A DNA stretch of 64,000 nucleotides from Oscillospiraceae bacterium (GTDB lineage: Bacteria; Bacillota; Clostridia; Oscillospirales; CAG-272), in contig SVSR01000004.1 in assembly GCA_015064205.1 (NCBI GenBank), forward strand, positions 35,092-99,091, given 5' to 3'. Positions 1-9,713 of the stretch are shown piece by piece. How positions within the stretch are numbered: the stretch's first letter is position 1; every line of letters starts with the position of its first letter. A program made the translations under genes and the position numbers. The notes beneath the pieces are model-generated. The model was not told the origin of the DNA. It was given only the letters and a program-made list of their open reading frames with translations, and searched no databases.

Positions 1-2451
1 TCAAACGGTAACGATAAAAACGACGGTCTTTCACCTGAAAAGGCATGGAAGACTATCGAAAAGGTCAACAGCATGACATTAAAGCCGGGTGACGGTGTAT
101 TCTTCAAGCGTGGTGATACATGGAGATACTTCGGCTCACTCAATGCAAAGAGCGGTATTACATACTCGGCATACGGAGAGGGCGCAAAGCCTTACTTTAT
201 ATGTTCGCTCGATGCTGCAGGAGCTGAAAAGTGGACCCTTACAGACGCGCCTAACGTATACAGATACAATGGAATCGTCGGCGGTCAGGATACAGATATT
301 GGATGTATTGTTTTTGACGGCGGACGTGCATGGGGTATTATGGTAGTCAAAGAATCCAACGGCTTAAGAAAAGACAACGGTCCAGTATTCAACGGTATTG
401 ACTACTATGATAACGAAGCTCTTCCCTTCAACGGATACGCAGATCTTATCGGAAACCTTGAATTCTGGCATGACGTTAATGAGGAAATTCTTTATATCCG
501 TTGCAACGAAGGCAACCCCGGAGAAGTATTCAAATCAATTGAACTCGTTGATGACGATCCGGCTATAAACCTCGTTTCCGAAAAATTTGACACCCCCGAT
601 GAAGTAATGGGCGTTAAGGAATATGCTCATGACATACTCGTTGATAACATCAACATTTTCGGAGCATCATTCGGAGTTGGCGCTCAGAACGTAAAGAACG
701 TTACGGTTCAGAACTGCATATTCAAATGGATTGGCGGTAATATTCAGGGTGCTAAGGGCTTTGAAACCGCAAGATACGGAAATGCTGTTGAATCATTTGG
801 ATACAGCGATAATTTCGTTATACAGCACAACTATGCAAGCCAGGTTTACGACTGCTGCTGGACTGCTCAGCATACAGGTGCAGTTGTATTCAACGGCCTT
901 ATAATCCGTGAAAATGTTGCCGAATATGCAAATACAGGTCCTGAGGTTTGGCTTAATCAGAACGGAAAGCCCGGTGCAGTTGTTACAAATATGAAGATAT
1001 ATAACAACTACAACAGATACATCGGTCACGGTTGGTCACACCAGCGCCCCGGCGAAGGACCCGAAGGCGGTATATTCTACGGTGCAAGAGTTACTCATGA
1101 AACAAGCGGCTCAACCTTTTCCAACAACGACGTATACAATAACGTAAATATATTTGCAGGCGGCGGAACGGGTAACTACAAGTTTATCCACAAGGACGCT
1201 TACAACTTCCACGATAATACGTATATCCTCGAATACGGTAAAAGATACGCAACCTTTGAACCATGGGCAAATGCCAAATCTTATCGCTATTATAAAGCAG
1301 ATCTTCAGGCAATTTACAACATGGGATATGACCCCGGATCAAAGTTCTATTATATAGATGAAAAAGATCTGCTTGAAATGTATAAAACAGCCATTCCAAA
1401 TAACGGTGTTGGCGTATTCGAAGATATTGCAGACAATTTCTGGGGCAGAGAGTCGGTTGACTACGTTGCACTCAAGGGACTTTTCAACGGTGTGACACCC
1501 ACAACCTTCTCTCCTGACGGAAAGATGACACGTGCTATGCTTGTAACTGTACTTGCAAGACTTGCGGGCAATACCGACAAGGGCACGTCTACATATACCG
1601 ACGTTAACCAGAATGCATGGTATGCTCCCGGTGTTGCATGGGCAGAAGCCAACAATATCGTCAACAAGGGCGGCAAGTTCAGACCTGACGAAAATGCAAC
1701 ACGTGAAGAAATGGCAGACATGCTTTACAGATATGCGAAAATGTACTTCAAGGAAGGTAACCTCGACGGTGCTCAGGCATTCTCAGACTCGTCAAACATC
1801 ACAGCCGCATATGCTGACGGTGTTAAGTTCTGCACAAAGAACGGTATAATCGGCGGTTATCCCGACGGCACGGTAGGCCCTAAAAAGAATGCAACACGTA
1901 CAGAAGTTGCAACGATGATAATGCGTTTTGTATCCTATCTTGCAAAAGCAGAAAGCGACTCTTCAAAGGTTCTTGCAAAGGAAACCGATGCAATTGTACT
2001 CAAGGGAGAAGCTCTCAAGAGCGTTCTTGACAACAGCCTTGTCAAACCTGCTCTCGAAACAGACGGCAGTGTAAAATTTGTTCCCTTCGCTGAAAAAGGC
2101 GCTCCCACAATAAGCCTTATGCATGCTTACAACCCAAGCATTGATATGTTCAAAAATCCTTATGTAGTAGTAAAGTATAAGTGTGATATAGATTCCGCTT
2201 CGATAACAGCAATGCTTGTAGCAAACGGCTCTAATATCAAAGCTCGTTCATTTGCAGATGAAAATGCGCTCCTTATTGATATGTCGAGCTACACAAGCAC
2301 TGTTGACAGAAGCACATATAAGAACAGTATGATAATCAGATTAACGCCCTGGGGAAGCACATCAAGAGAACTTGATCTTACCGATTACTTTACAGTGGAA
2401 GAGATTGTATTCTTTGATAATCTCCCCGCAGCGCAGGCTTATGCAGGCTGA
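1..2451 (+). CDS. Cell-surface protein: right-handed beta-helix (pectate-lyase-fold-like) N-terminal region + three SLH repeats + C-terminal domain; 5' end lies outside the window
   Basis: Frame 1 is open from nt 1 (SNGNDKNDGLSPEKAWKTIEKVNS precedes the first ATG at 73), so the gene is 5'-truncated. Beta-helix-type repeats are present (NIFGASFGVGAQNVKNVTVQNCIF). SLH-like repeats follow (FWGRESVDYVALKGLFNGVTPTTFSPDGKMTRAM; AWYAPGVAWAEANNIVNKG; ITAAYADGVKFCTKNGIIGGYPDG). Confidence 0.8.
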   Translation, partial: SNGNDKNDGLSPEKAWKTIEKVNSMTLKPGDGVFFKRGDTWRYFGSLNAKSGITYSAYGEGAKPYFICSLDAAGAEKWTLTDAPNVYRYNGIVGGQDTDIGCIVFDGGRAWGIMVVKESNGLRKDNGPVFNGIDYYDNEALPFNGYADLIGNLEFWHDVNEEILYIRCNEGNPGEVFKSIELVDDDPAINLVSEKFDTPDEVMGVKEYAHDILVDNINIFGASFGVGAQNVKNVTVQNCIFKWIGGNIQGAKGFETARYGNAVESFGYSDNFVIQHNYASQVYDCCWTAQHTGAVVFNGLIIRENVAEYANTGPEVWLNQNGKPGAVVTNMKIYNNYNRYIGHGWSHQRPGEGPEGGIFYGARVTHETSGSTFSNNDVYNNVNIFAGGGTGNYKFIHKDAYNFHDNTYILEYGKRYATFEPWANAKSYRYYKADLQAIYNMGYDPGSKFYYIDEKDLLEMYKTAIPNNGVGVFEDIADNFWGRESVDYVALKGLFNGVTPTTFSPDGKMTRAMLVTVLARLAGNTDKGTSTYTDVNQNAWYAPGVAWAEANNIVNKGGKFRPDENATREEMADMLYRYAKMYFKEGNLDGAQAFSDSSNITAAYADGVKFCTKNGIIGGYPDGTVGPKKNATRTEVATMIMRFVSYLAKAESDSSKVLAKETDAIVLKGEALKSVLDNSLVKPALETDGSVKFVPFAEKGAPTISLMHAYNPSIDMFKNPYVVVKYKCDIDSASITAMLVANGSNIKARSFADENALLIDMSSYTSTVDRSTYKNSMIIRLTPWGSTSRELDLTDYFTVEEIVFFDNLPAAQAYAG

Positions 2452-2460
2452 TAATAAGTA

Positions 2461-2497
2461 ATACAAAAAGACTTGTCTTTCGACAAGTCTTTTTGTA
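2461..2497. terminator. Bidirectional intrinsic terminator between convergent genes
   Basis: Perfect hairpin ATACAAAAAGACTTGTC-tttc-GACAAGTCTTTTTGTAT with A/T runs on both sides. Confidence 0.75.
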
Positions 2498-3970
2498 TTA
2501 TGAAAGTTCAAAATAGAATGTACTGCCCTTTCCCTGTTCACTTTCAACTCCGTATTTTGCACAATGTAGATCAAGTATGCTTTTAACTATAGAAAGTCCA
2601 AGTCCCGAGCCTACGTTTGCACGCTTGTGTACTCTGTCTACTTTGTAATATCGCTCCCATATGTTTTCGATATCTTCTTTTGCGATACCTTCGCCTGTAT
2701 CAACAACTTCTATTCGCACCGACTTTTCTTCAAGTGACACGATCTGACGAACAAAAATACGTTTGTCTTCGCCCGTATGATTTATTGCATTTGTTATAAG
2801 ATTGTATATAACCTGTAATATCTTGTTTTCGTCTGCGTATACGATTGCATCATGATCGCAGGAAAACTCTATTTTATACCCCTCTGACGCACACATTTTG
2901 CCAACACGGTCTATTACCGATTCTATGCATTTTGTAAGACTAAACTCGCTTTTATCAAGGCTTTCTATATTTGCGCCAAGCTTTGATAAGTCCATAACGT
3001 CACCTACAAGGCTTGAAAGGCGCTTGGATTCATCAAGTATTACCTGAAGATTTTGTGCGCTCATCTCACCCGGTATATCGCGCATCATTTCGGCATATCC
3101 CGATATCATCGTAAGGGGTGTTCTGAGATCATGAGATATGTTTGCTATAAGCTCCTTTTGAAGCTTATCAGTTTTGGAAAGCTCGCTTGCGGCATAGTTT
3201 AAGGACTCTGCAAGCTCCGAGCTCTCCCTGTATCCGCGCCCGGAAAAATCAACGTCATAATCGCCTTCTGCAAGCTTGCTTGCCTGCTTCGACATTTGCG
3301 TTATCGGCTTGGAAATATGCCTTGCCATTATATATGAAAAGAAAACCGAACATATAATAAGTATAGCTATAATAAGCGAAAGCTCTGCCTGAAGCGCCTT
3401 TTTTGTTGCGCTTACGGGAGAGGTCATAGTATTTAAAAACACTACCATATCCTCGTTGCTTTTATCGCTTTTCTCAACAATGGTGAGCATCAAGCTTTCT
3501 CCCATTCCCTCGTCTCGCTCAGGAACACTTCCCTCAAATTTTGACGGGTCATATATTGGGTTATAAAAGCCGCCTCTCGGAAGCACGAGAAAATCCTGAC
3601 CCCCGTTATTCTGGGCGTCGTAATAATGCTTAAAAAGAATATCGCTGGGAATATTATGAAGCATACAGGCGGCATCGATATGGGATTCTGCCACCTTTAC
3701 TCCGCTTCCCGTGTATATGCTAACACATATCTCGTTTTCCTGAGATATTCTTGATATAAGCGTCTCTATATCATCATTGTCTATATTTCTGCAAATACTT
3801 GCAGCGCTTCTTTTTAACTCCGATCGTTTTACCGTCTGATACACCTCTTCAAGAAATACCACCTGTATAAGCCAAAGCAAAACGAGTATTATTGCAGAAA
3901 ACGCCGCCATATAACCTATTATGCGCCATTTAAGTCCCGGCTTTTTCATCTTGAACTCACGGTGTTTCAA
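2498..3970 (-). CDS. Sensor histidine kinase (two TM segments, HAMP, HisKA, HATPase_c)
   Basis: H-box ELIANISHDLRTPLT. N/G boxes ITNAINHT, DTGEGI, GSGLGLSIV. N-terminal TM segment. The listed start is a TTG overlapping the RR stop; an ATG at 3949 (MKKPGLKW) is an alternative. Confidence 0.9.
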   Translation of the reverse strand: MKHREFKMKKPGLKWRIIGYMAAFSAIILVLLWLIQVVFLEEVYQTVKRSELKRSAASICRNIDNDDIETLISRISQENEICVSIYTGSGVKVAESHIDAACMLHNIPSDILFKHYYDAQNNGGQDFLVLPRGGFYNPIYDPSKFEGSVPERDEGMGESLMLTIVEKSDKSNEDMVVFLNTMTSPVSATKKALQAELSLIIAILIICSVFFSYIMARHISKPITQMSKQASKLAEGDYDVDFSGRGYRESSELAESLNYAASELSKTDKLQKELIANISHDLRTPLTMISGYAEMMRDIPGEMSAQNLQVILDESKRLSSLVGDVMDLSKLGANIESLDKSEFSLTKCIESVIDRVGKMCASEGYKIEFSCDHDAIVYADENKILQVIYNLITNAINHTGEDKRIFVRQIVSLEEKSVRIEVVDTGEGIAKEDIENIWERYYKVDRVHKRANVGSGLGLSIVKSILDLHCAKYGVESEQGKGSTFYFELS

Positions 3971-4643
3971 AACGATATCCTACCCCTCTGAGCGTTACTA
4001 TATATTTACTGTACTCTCCCAGACTTTTACGCAACAATTTGATATGTGTACCAAGCGTTCTGTCATCACCATAAAAGTCGTATCCCCAAACGTCGCTTAT
4101 AAGCTTCTCGCGCGAGAGAGCTATGTTTCTGTTTCTGAGCAAGTAAAAGAAAAGCTCGTATTCCTTTGGTGACATCTGCACCCGCTTATTGTCAACATAT
4201 ACAATTCGTGCAGTAACGTCTACCTTTAATCCCTCGATCTCTATTATCTCGTTTTTTTGCGCTTTCTCGTTTACAGTTGTATTTTTGCTTCTGTTCATGA
4301 TCGCGCCTATACGAAGCATCAGCTCTCTGGGCGAAAACGGCTTGACAACATAGTCGTCAACACCTATCTCAAAACCGTTTATTCTGTCATATTCTTCAGA
4401 ACGTGCAGAGAGCATTATTATCGGAACGCTTGAAAACTTGCGTATTTCACGGCATGCAGAAAAGCCGTCAAGATCGGGCATCATGATATCCATTATTACA
4501 ATATCATATTCATTTTTACGGCATTTTTCAAGAGCCTCCATGCCGTTTTCAGCCTCGTCTACCGAGTGTCCTTCAAATACAGCATATTTGGAAACAAGAT
4601 TGCGTATCATTTCTTCGTCGTCAACAACAAGAAGCTTATACAC
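3957..4643 (-). CDS. OmpR/PhoB-family response regulator
   Basis: Receiver domain (YKLLVVDDEE, DIVIMDIMMPDLDG, KPF) plus winged-helix domain (LSPKEYELFFYL..RGVGYRF). I place the start at GTG 4643, 8 nt after the GAGGAG SD; the ORF track extends to 4670. Confidence 0.9.
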   Translation of the reverse strand: MYKLLVVDDEEMIRNLVSKYAVFEGHSVDEAENGMEALEKCRKNEYDIVIMDIMMPDLDGFSACREIRKFSSVPIIMLSARSEEYDRINGFEIGVDDYVVKPFSPRELMLRIGAIMNRSKNTTVNEKAQKNEIIEIEGLKVDVTARIVYVDNKRVQMSPKEYELFFYLLRNRNIALSREKLISDVWGYDFYGDDRTLGTHIKLLRKSLGEYSKYIVTLRGVGYRFETP

Positions 4644-4676
4644 GTGGTTATCTCCTCTCATATACATCATCTTTAA

Positions 4677-4708
4677 ATGAAAACAGGGGTTTTAACCCCT
4701 GTTTTCAT
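4677..4708 (-). terminator. Hairpin between htrA and the RR gene (terminator/attenuator)
   Basis: ATGAAAACAGGGGTT-TTAA-CCCCTGTTTTCAT sits directly after the htrA stop. Confidence 0.55.
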
Positions 4709-6199
4709 TTAATAACCGAACCAGCTTGAAAAGGGGGATGCAAATATTGAGTCTGAGCCGCCTTTTTGCGCCTGTTTGCTATCTTCCTCGCTTTTGCCCG
4801 GAACGTATTCATAACATTCCATTTCAACGTCAACGTATTTTCCGTCTCTCACAACTGTGAGCGTGATCTTATCTCCAACAACGTGATCCTTCAAAATAGC
4901 CTTTATATCGTTTCCGTAGGTTACTTCGTTTCCGTCGACCGCAGTAACACGGTCGCCTATTTTTAGAGCGTCGTTATATTCGCTTTCAAGAATATACACG
5001 CCGAGCGTGTTAACTCTGTACATCATAGCCGTGTAAGAATCGCTGATATCCATATACGTGATACCAAGCGATACTCTGCCACGAACGTATCCGTAGTTAA
5101 TAAGCTGCTCTACAACCTGAGAAGCCATATTGCTGGGAATAGCAAAACCGAGTCCCTCAATACCTGAGCCGGATGATTTTGCGTTTACGATACCGACAAG
5201 CTCTCCTGCAAGATTGAACAGGCCTCCGCCCGAGTTACCGGGGTTAACCGCCGCATTAGTCTGCAACAGCGTCATTTCCGTGCCGTCTATCGTAACCTGA
5301 CGAGCAAGCGCGCTGATAATACCGTTTGTAACCGTGCCGCCAAGGCTTCCGAGAGGATTACCTATTGCAAGCACTTCCTCGCCGACAACAAGCTTTGTGC
5401 TGTCACCCACTACAGCCGGTGTAAGATCTGTTGCTTCAACCTTTAGAACTGCAAGGTCGCTTTCGGAATCATATCCGATAACTTCGGCAGGATATTTTGT
5501 ACCGTTTGTTGTTGTAACGGTCACAGTAGATGCGCCTTCTATTACGTGATTGTTTGTAATTATATATCCGTCGGCAGTTATAATAACTCCGCTTCCGGCG
5601 CCCTCTGTTATATATTGGCTGAATATACTGCTTGTTGATACGGTTTCAGTACGAATTTCAACAACCGAGCTTGCAACCTTTTCCGCAACCGTTGAATACG
5701 TGCCCGGCTTACCAAAGGTAGAATCCGTATTGCTTATAGATGTATCGGGTGTAACGCTTTTATAAATTACAGAAGTGCCGCGTGTGCCCGACATTGAATT
5801 TGCAAGAAGCGTTGCGCCAAACGCCGTAAATCCTGATAAAATGATGCAAAGAACGACTGCAACTGCAATCGGCGCATTTTTGCGCTTTTTCTTATCTTTT
5901 ACAGGCTCTCTCTTTACTTTAGCTGCATCTTCTTCAATATTTCTGTTTATATAAACTTCTGTTCTTTTAGTTTCTTCTTTGTCTGCCGATTCTGTTGAAA
6001 AATCTTTTTCAGTTATTTCATCGCTTTTTAGATGATAGCTGATATCCGCCGCTTCATCTTCATCCTTGAAAATGGGTGCAGGATTTTCAGACTCACTTGC
6101 CGTCTGCTGATTATCATTATTTTCGAAATTTTCTGTTTCTATCAAGTTATCGTTGCCCGATACTTCATCTCTCGGATCAAAGCTATTATTTTCACTCAT
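4709..6199 (-). CDS. htrA: HtrA/DegP-family serine protease (acidic N-terminal tail, TM anchor, trypsin-like domain, PDZ)
   Basis: Catalytic motifs TNNHVI, DLAVLK, GNSGGGLF. C-terminal PDZ-like region. AAGGAGG SD before the ATG at 6199. Confidence 0.9.
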   Translation of the reverse strand: MSENNSFDPRDEVSGNDNLIETENFENNDNQQTASESENPAPIFKDEDEAADISYHLKSDEITEKDFSTESADKEETKRTEVYINRNIEEDAAKVKREPVKDKKKRKNAPIAVAVVLCIILSGFTAFGATLLANSMSGTRGTSVIYKSVTPDTSISNTDSTFGKPGTYSTVAEKVASSVVEIRTETVSTSSIFSQYITEGAGSGVIITADGYIITNNHVIEGASTVTVTTTNGTKYPAEVIGYDSESDLAVLKVEATDLTPAVVGDSTKLVVGEEVLAIGNPLGSLGGTVTNGIISALARQVTIDGTEMTLLQTNAAVNPGNSGGGLFNLAGELVGIVNAKSSGSGIEGLGFAIPSNMASQVVEQLINYGYVRGRVSLGITYMDISDSYTAMMYRVNTLGVYILESEYNDALKIGDRVTAVDGNEVTYGNDIKAILKDHVVGDKITLTVVRDGKYVDVEMECYEYVPGKSEEDSKQAQKGGSDSIFASPFSSWFGY

Positions 6200-6311
6200 T
6201 ATTAAAACCTCCTTTGGGATTTTATGCTCTTATTATACATATCAATTATGACGGTTTCGTGACGGCTTATCAAAATACTTATGAAATTGTCTGCTTTATT
6301 ATAAAAAAGCC

Positions 6312-6794
6312 TTAATGTGTCAACTCCACAAAGCTTGCAGAGCAAAGCTTTGCTATATCTGAGGGCGCAGCCTCTATCTGCCAGCCTATCCTTCCCGCGC
6401 TGACCAGCATTGTGTCAATATCCTTTGCGCTTATATCAAAAAATGTTTTAAACTGCTTTTTCATGCCAACGGGAGAGCAGCCTCCGCGCACATATCCCGT
6501 AACCCGGTTTATTTCACTAACGTGTATCATCTCAACCGACTTCACTCCGGCTGCTCTTGCGGCTTTTTTCAGATCAAGCTCAGCAAGCACCGGTATATCA
6601 AACACGTAAAAGTTCTTGTCACTTCCGCGTGTTACAAGTGTTTTATACACTCGTGACGGATCAATTTCCAAACTTTGCGCAACGTGCGCACCGTCAACCG
6701 ACTCGCCGTTATTTTCGTATCTGTGTACGGTATATTCTATCTTTGCACTGTCAAAAAGCCTTATTGCGTTAGTTTTATTTTCCTTTTGTGCCAT
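6312..6794 (-). CDS. ybaK: Cys-tRNA(Pro)/Cys-tRNA(Cys) deacylase, YbaK/EbsC family
   Basis: About 160 aa with a YbaK-type sequence (TNAIRLFDSAKIEYTVHRYE..VTGYVRGGCSPVGMKK). Confidence 0.8.
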   Translation of the reverse strand: MAQKENKTNAIRLFDSAKIEYTVHRYENNGESVDGAHVAQSLEIDPSRVYKTLVTRGSDKNFYVFDIPVLAELDLKKAARAAGVKSVEMIHVSEINRVTGYVRGGCSPVGMKKQFKTFFDISAKDIDTMLVSAGRIGWQIEAAPSDIAKLCSASFVELTH

Positions 6795-6872
6795 TTTTGC
6801 CTCTCATATTGCTTATTATATATATTGTACTTCATATATTAAAAAATTTCAATACGTTAGGCAAAATAAAAC

Positions 6873-6890
6873 GGCGGACCGCCGTCCGCC
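6873..6890 (-). terminator. Intrinsic terminator of the 6906-7409 gene
   Basis: GGCGGAC-cgcc-GTCCGCC, followed on the minus strand by GTTTTATTTT. Confidence 0.65.
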
Positions 6891-6905
6891 GCTTAAATAT
6901 CAGAC

Positions 6906-7409
6906 TTACTTACGCTTTTTCGGCACAAGCATTATAATAAGAACGATAACTATCGCTATTATGATAAGCGATATAACTATGCCGACAATCGAGCCGGACT
7001 CCTCGTCTGTCATGGAGTCTGCAGAGTTAACCATGTCGTTAACGCCGTTTTCAACGTCGTTCATTAGCCCTGAACCATTATTGTTTCCTGTGCCGTTAGA
7101 ACCGTTTGTTGTACCTGAGGACTGCGAACCCGAACCGTTTGAAGACTGTGAACCTGAGCCGTTTGATGAATGAGAGCCGGAACCGTCCATCATATCACCT
7201 GCCATACTGCCTGCTTCGCCAACAAGGCCCATATCGCCGTCGTTATGATCTGATACAACCCCGTCGCTCGCATCATGATTCGGAACACCGTCGTCGGATA
7301 CAACTCCGTCTGAAACATTTGCCGATACGGTAAATGACATCATTATAATAAAAATCACCATTATAAGAGCTGTAAATGCTCTCGCTGTAATAAATTTTGA
7401 TATTTTCAT
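6906..7409 (-). CDS. Low-complexity (G/S/N/D-rich) protein with N-terminal signal/TM and C-terminal TM anchor + KKRK
   Basis: Hydrophobic N-terminus (AFTALIMVIFIIMMSF) and C-terminal IVGIVISLIIIAIVIVLIIMLV-PKKRK. Internal GSGS(H/Q)SSN repeats are encoded by three 24-nt DNA units (7117-7188). The antisense ORF 6616-7173 lacks such topology. Confidence 0.6.
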   Translation of the reverse strand: MKISKFITARAFTALIMVIFIIMMSFTVSANVSDGVVSDDGVPNHDASDGVVSDHNDGDMGLVGEAGSMAGDMMDGSGSHSSNGSGSQSSNGSGSQSSGTTNGSNGTGNNNGSGLMNDVENGVNDMVNSADSMTDEESGSIVGIVISLIIIAIVIVLIIMLVPKKRK

Positions 7410-7533
7410 TGTTTTTTTCTTTCCTTTCGGTTATAATTGTATTGTCGCATAAATATTTTTTGAAAAATACTTATGCTTATTCGCGGAAGAAAAAGTCAAA
7501 TACGGATAAAATTTCAAAACCGGAGTTGCTATT

Positions 7534-7875
7534 ATGGGGCTTGATAATAGAAGATTTCAAAAAAATGATAACGGCTTTGTTTGCGCTCACTGCGGCTTTA
7601 ATGTAAAACCCCTCGAAACAAGCTCGCGTGACCACTGCCCGAGATGCCTTTATTCATTGCACGTGGATATAAATCCGGGCGACCGTGCAAATGAGTGTAT
7701 GGGTATGCTGAAGCCGATTTCTGCAACACCCGACTCAAAAAAGGGTTACGTTATTAATTATATATGTGAAAAATGCGGCGAAACTCACCGCAACCGTGCC
7801 GCCTATCCTGCTAAAATCCAGCCTGACGATATCGGCCTTATAATAAAGCTTACCGCAGGTCAATATAACCTCTAA
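7534..7875 (+). CDS. RNHCP-domain zinc-ribbon protein
   Basis: FVCAHCG..SSRDHCPRCLYSLHVD..CEKCGETHRNR matches the RNHCP-domain pattern as I remember it. GGAG SD lies 8 nt upstream. Confidence 0.7.
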   Translation: MGLDNRRFQKNDNGFVCAHCGFNVKPLETSSRDHCPRCLYSLHVDINPGDRANECMGMLKPISATPDSKKGYVINYICEKCGETHRNRAAYPAKIQPDDIGLIIKLTAGQYNL

Positions 7876-7885
7876 GGAGTAGTTT

Positions 7886-9376
7886 ATGAAATACATACTT
7901 TCAGCAAAAGAAATGCGCAGTATTGATTCATATACAAGCGAAAGCATCGGCGTATCAAGCGAGGTCCTTATGGAAAGAGCAGCGCTCGTATGCGCCGAAG
8001 AGATACGCTCGTGCGGCTTTGATACTTCCAAAATACTTATAGTTTGCGGAATGGGAAATAACGGCGCAGACGGTCTTGCGCTTGCACGCATAATAAACCG
8101 ATTCTACAAACCCGAAGTTTTCCTTGCAGGAAGCTACAACAGCCTCAGCGGTCTTGTAAAAAAACAGTACGACAGCGCGGCGCGCAGCCATGTTAAGTTT
8201 ACACAATCGCCCAAGTTTGACGAATATACGCTTATAATAGATGCGCTTTTCGGAACGGGGCTTTCCCGTGACATTGAGGGAGAACATCTTGATATTATAA
8301 ACAAAGTAAACTCGTCAGGCGCAAAGGTGATCTCACTTGATATGCCAAGCGGCGTTGACGCTACAAGCGGACGTGTGCTCGGTGGGGGAGTAAACGCTGA
8401 TATAACCGTTTCTTTTGCTTATACAAAGCTCGGACAAATACTTTATCCCGGAGCAGAAAAATGCGGAGCTTTAAGGGTACGTGACATAGGGATCTATATC
8501 GACCTTTGCGATAACATGAAGCATCCCGCCTTCACATATACAAAAAATGACCTGTCACTTATTCCCAAACGCCGCAGATACTCGAACAAATCAACCTACG
8601 GCAGAGTCTTTGTTGTTGCAGGAAGCGAGAATATGAGCGGTGCTGCTCTCCTGTCTGCAAAAGGTGCATACAAAAGCGGTTGCGGAATCGTTTCGGTATT
8701 TACGCATAAAAAAATTGCCGACACGATACGCACGGTTCTGCCTGAAGCAATTGTATGTGATTACATCGATGAAAAGGTGGATTTTTCCACCCTGTACAGA
8801 GAGATAAACAATGCAAGTGCGCTCGTTATAGGTCCCGGGCTTTCAAAATCTGAAAACGCAAAAAGGATTTTGAGATATACTCTTGAAAACGCGCCTTCAA
8901 ATACGGTAATCGATGCAGACGCATTGAATATTATATCAGAGCACCGAGAGCTGTTGGCGTATATAAAAGGAAAAATTGTAACTCCTCACCTCGGTGAAGC
9001 GGCAAGACTTATGGATAAAAGCATTGATGAAATAAAAGATAACCTTATTTCTTGTGCAAAAGAATTTTCAGATAGATACAACTGTATATGTGTACTCAAG
9101 GATACACGTACGGTTGTTGCCGTTCCAAATCAGCCGGTATTTATAAACACGGCCGGAAATTCCGGTCTTGCTAAAGGCGGCTCGGGCGACACGCTTACCG
9201 GCATAATAGCTTCGCTTATGTCGCAGGGCATGGAGAGTGCCGATGCGGCAAGAATAGGCGTATTTTTGCATGCATACGCCGCTGACCTGGCCTCAGACGA
9301 GCACGGAGAATACGCGATGCTTGCAAGCGATGTATCAGAAGCTGTCGGAAGAGTTATGAGCCAGTTTAATAAGTAA
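7886..9376 (+). CDS. nnr: Bifunctional NAD(P)H-hydrate repair enzyme (epimerase + ADP-dependent dehydratase)
   Basis: YjeF_N part (CGMGNNGADGLALAR, DALFGTGL) plus C-terminal carbohydrate-kinase part (GSENMSGAALLSA, KGGSGDTLTGII). Confidence 0.9.
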   Translation: MKYILSAKEMRSIDSYTSESIGVSSEVLMERAALVCAEEIRSCGFDTSKILIVCGMGNNGADGLALARIINRFYKPEVFLAGSYNSLSGLVKKQYDSAARSHVKFTQSPKFDEYTLIIDALFGTGLSRDIEGEHLDIINKVNSSGAKVISLDMPSGVDATSGRVLGGGVNADITVSFAYTKLGQILYPGAEKCGALRVRDIGIYIDLCDNMKHPAFTYTKNDLSLIPKRRRYSNKSTYGRVFVVAGSENMSGAALLSAKGAYKSGCGIVSVFTHKKIADTIRTVLPEAIVCDYIDEKVDFSTLYREINNASALVIGPGLSKSENAKRILRYTLENAPSNTVIDADALNIISEHRELLAYIKGKIVTPHLGEAARLMDKSIDEIKDNLISCAKEFSDRYNCICVLKDTRTVVAVPNQPVFINTAGNSGLAKGGSGDTLTGIIASLMSQGMESADAARIGVFLHAYAADLASDEHGEYAMLASDVSEAVGRVMSQFNK

Positions 9377-9381
9377 AAAAT

Positions 9382-9410
9382 AAAGCGGGCACAAATGTGT
9401 CCGCTTTATT
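9382..9410 (+). terminator. nnr terminator
   Basis: AAAGCGGGCAC-aaat-GTGTCCGCTTT. A second hairpin TAGCCTT..AAGGCTA + T-run follows at about 9411-9450. Confidence 0.6.
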
Positions 9411-9469
9411 TAGCCTTCTACGTTGAAAAAGGCTATTTTATTTTTTCATTTTATTATGGTTCACTTCTA

Positions 9470-9498
9470 TTGCAAAAGTTTTCCTGTTATGCTATAAT
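9470..9498 (+). promoter_or_regulatory. Sigma-A-type promoter (TTGCAA-17-TATAAT, extended TGc)
   Basis: TTGCAA at 9470-9475, 17-nt spacer, TGcTATAAT with TATAAT at 9493-9498. Confidence 0.55.
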
Positions 9499-9502
9499 AT
9501 AA

Positions 9503-9662
9503 TTGCGACATTAACTGCATATCGTCTATTGACATGGAGAATCACCTTGGTAAAAGGTGCTTTCCCCTTTTTTCTCATATCCATGTTGATAGAGCGTTAG
9601 TGTCGCAACTTACGAAGGGAAGCACTTTTTCGGTGCGTTCCTTCATTGGGGCGCACTTTTTT
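9503..9662 (+). promoter_or_regulatory. Structured leader/candidate attenuator upstream of the RHH mini-gene
   Basis: Rod-like fold. TTGCGACA (9503-10) pairs with TGTCGCAA (9601-08). CGTCTATTGACATGGA (9523-38) pairs with TCCATGTTGATAGA(G)CG (9580-96), with two G.U pairs that work only on the plus strand. Apical hairpin CACCTT-ggtaa-AAGGTG (9543-59). Two mutually exclusive hairpins then share GTGCG: 9614-9644, versus 9633-9656 followed by T6. Confidence 0.35.
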
Positions 9663-9713
9663 ATTGTGCACGTAAAAAAGCGGCTCAAAAACTTTCAAGA
9701 AAGGAAATCAAAA

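Noticed and set aside
6616-7173. 185-aa plus-strand ORF overlapping the low-complexity gene
   Set aside because: It is the antisense reading of the repeat region (PEP/EPF low complexity). The minus-strand ORF has a signal peptide, a TM anchor and a terminator.
9503-9608. Long imperfect inverted repeat as a MITE/IS remnant
   Set aside because: I found no target-site duplication, no transposase fragment and no second copy in the window. The G.U pairs favour an RNA structure on the plus strand. It is kept as a structured leader instead.
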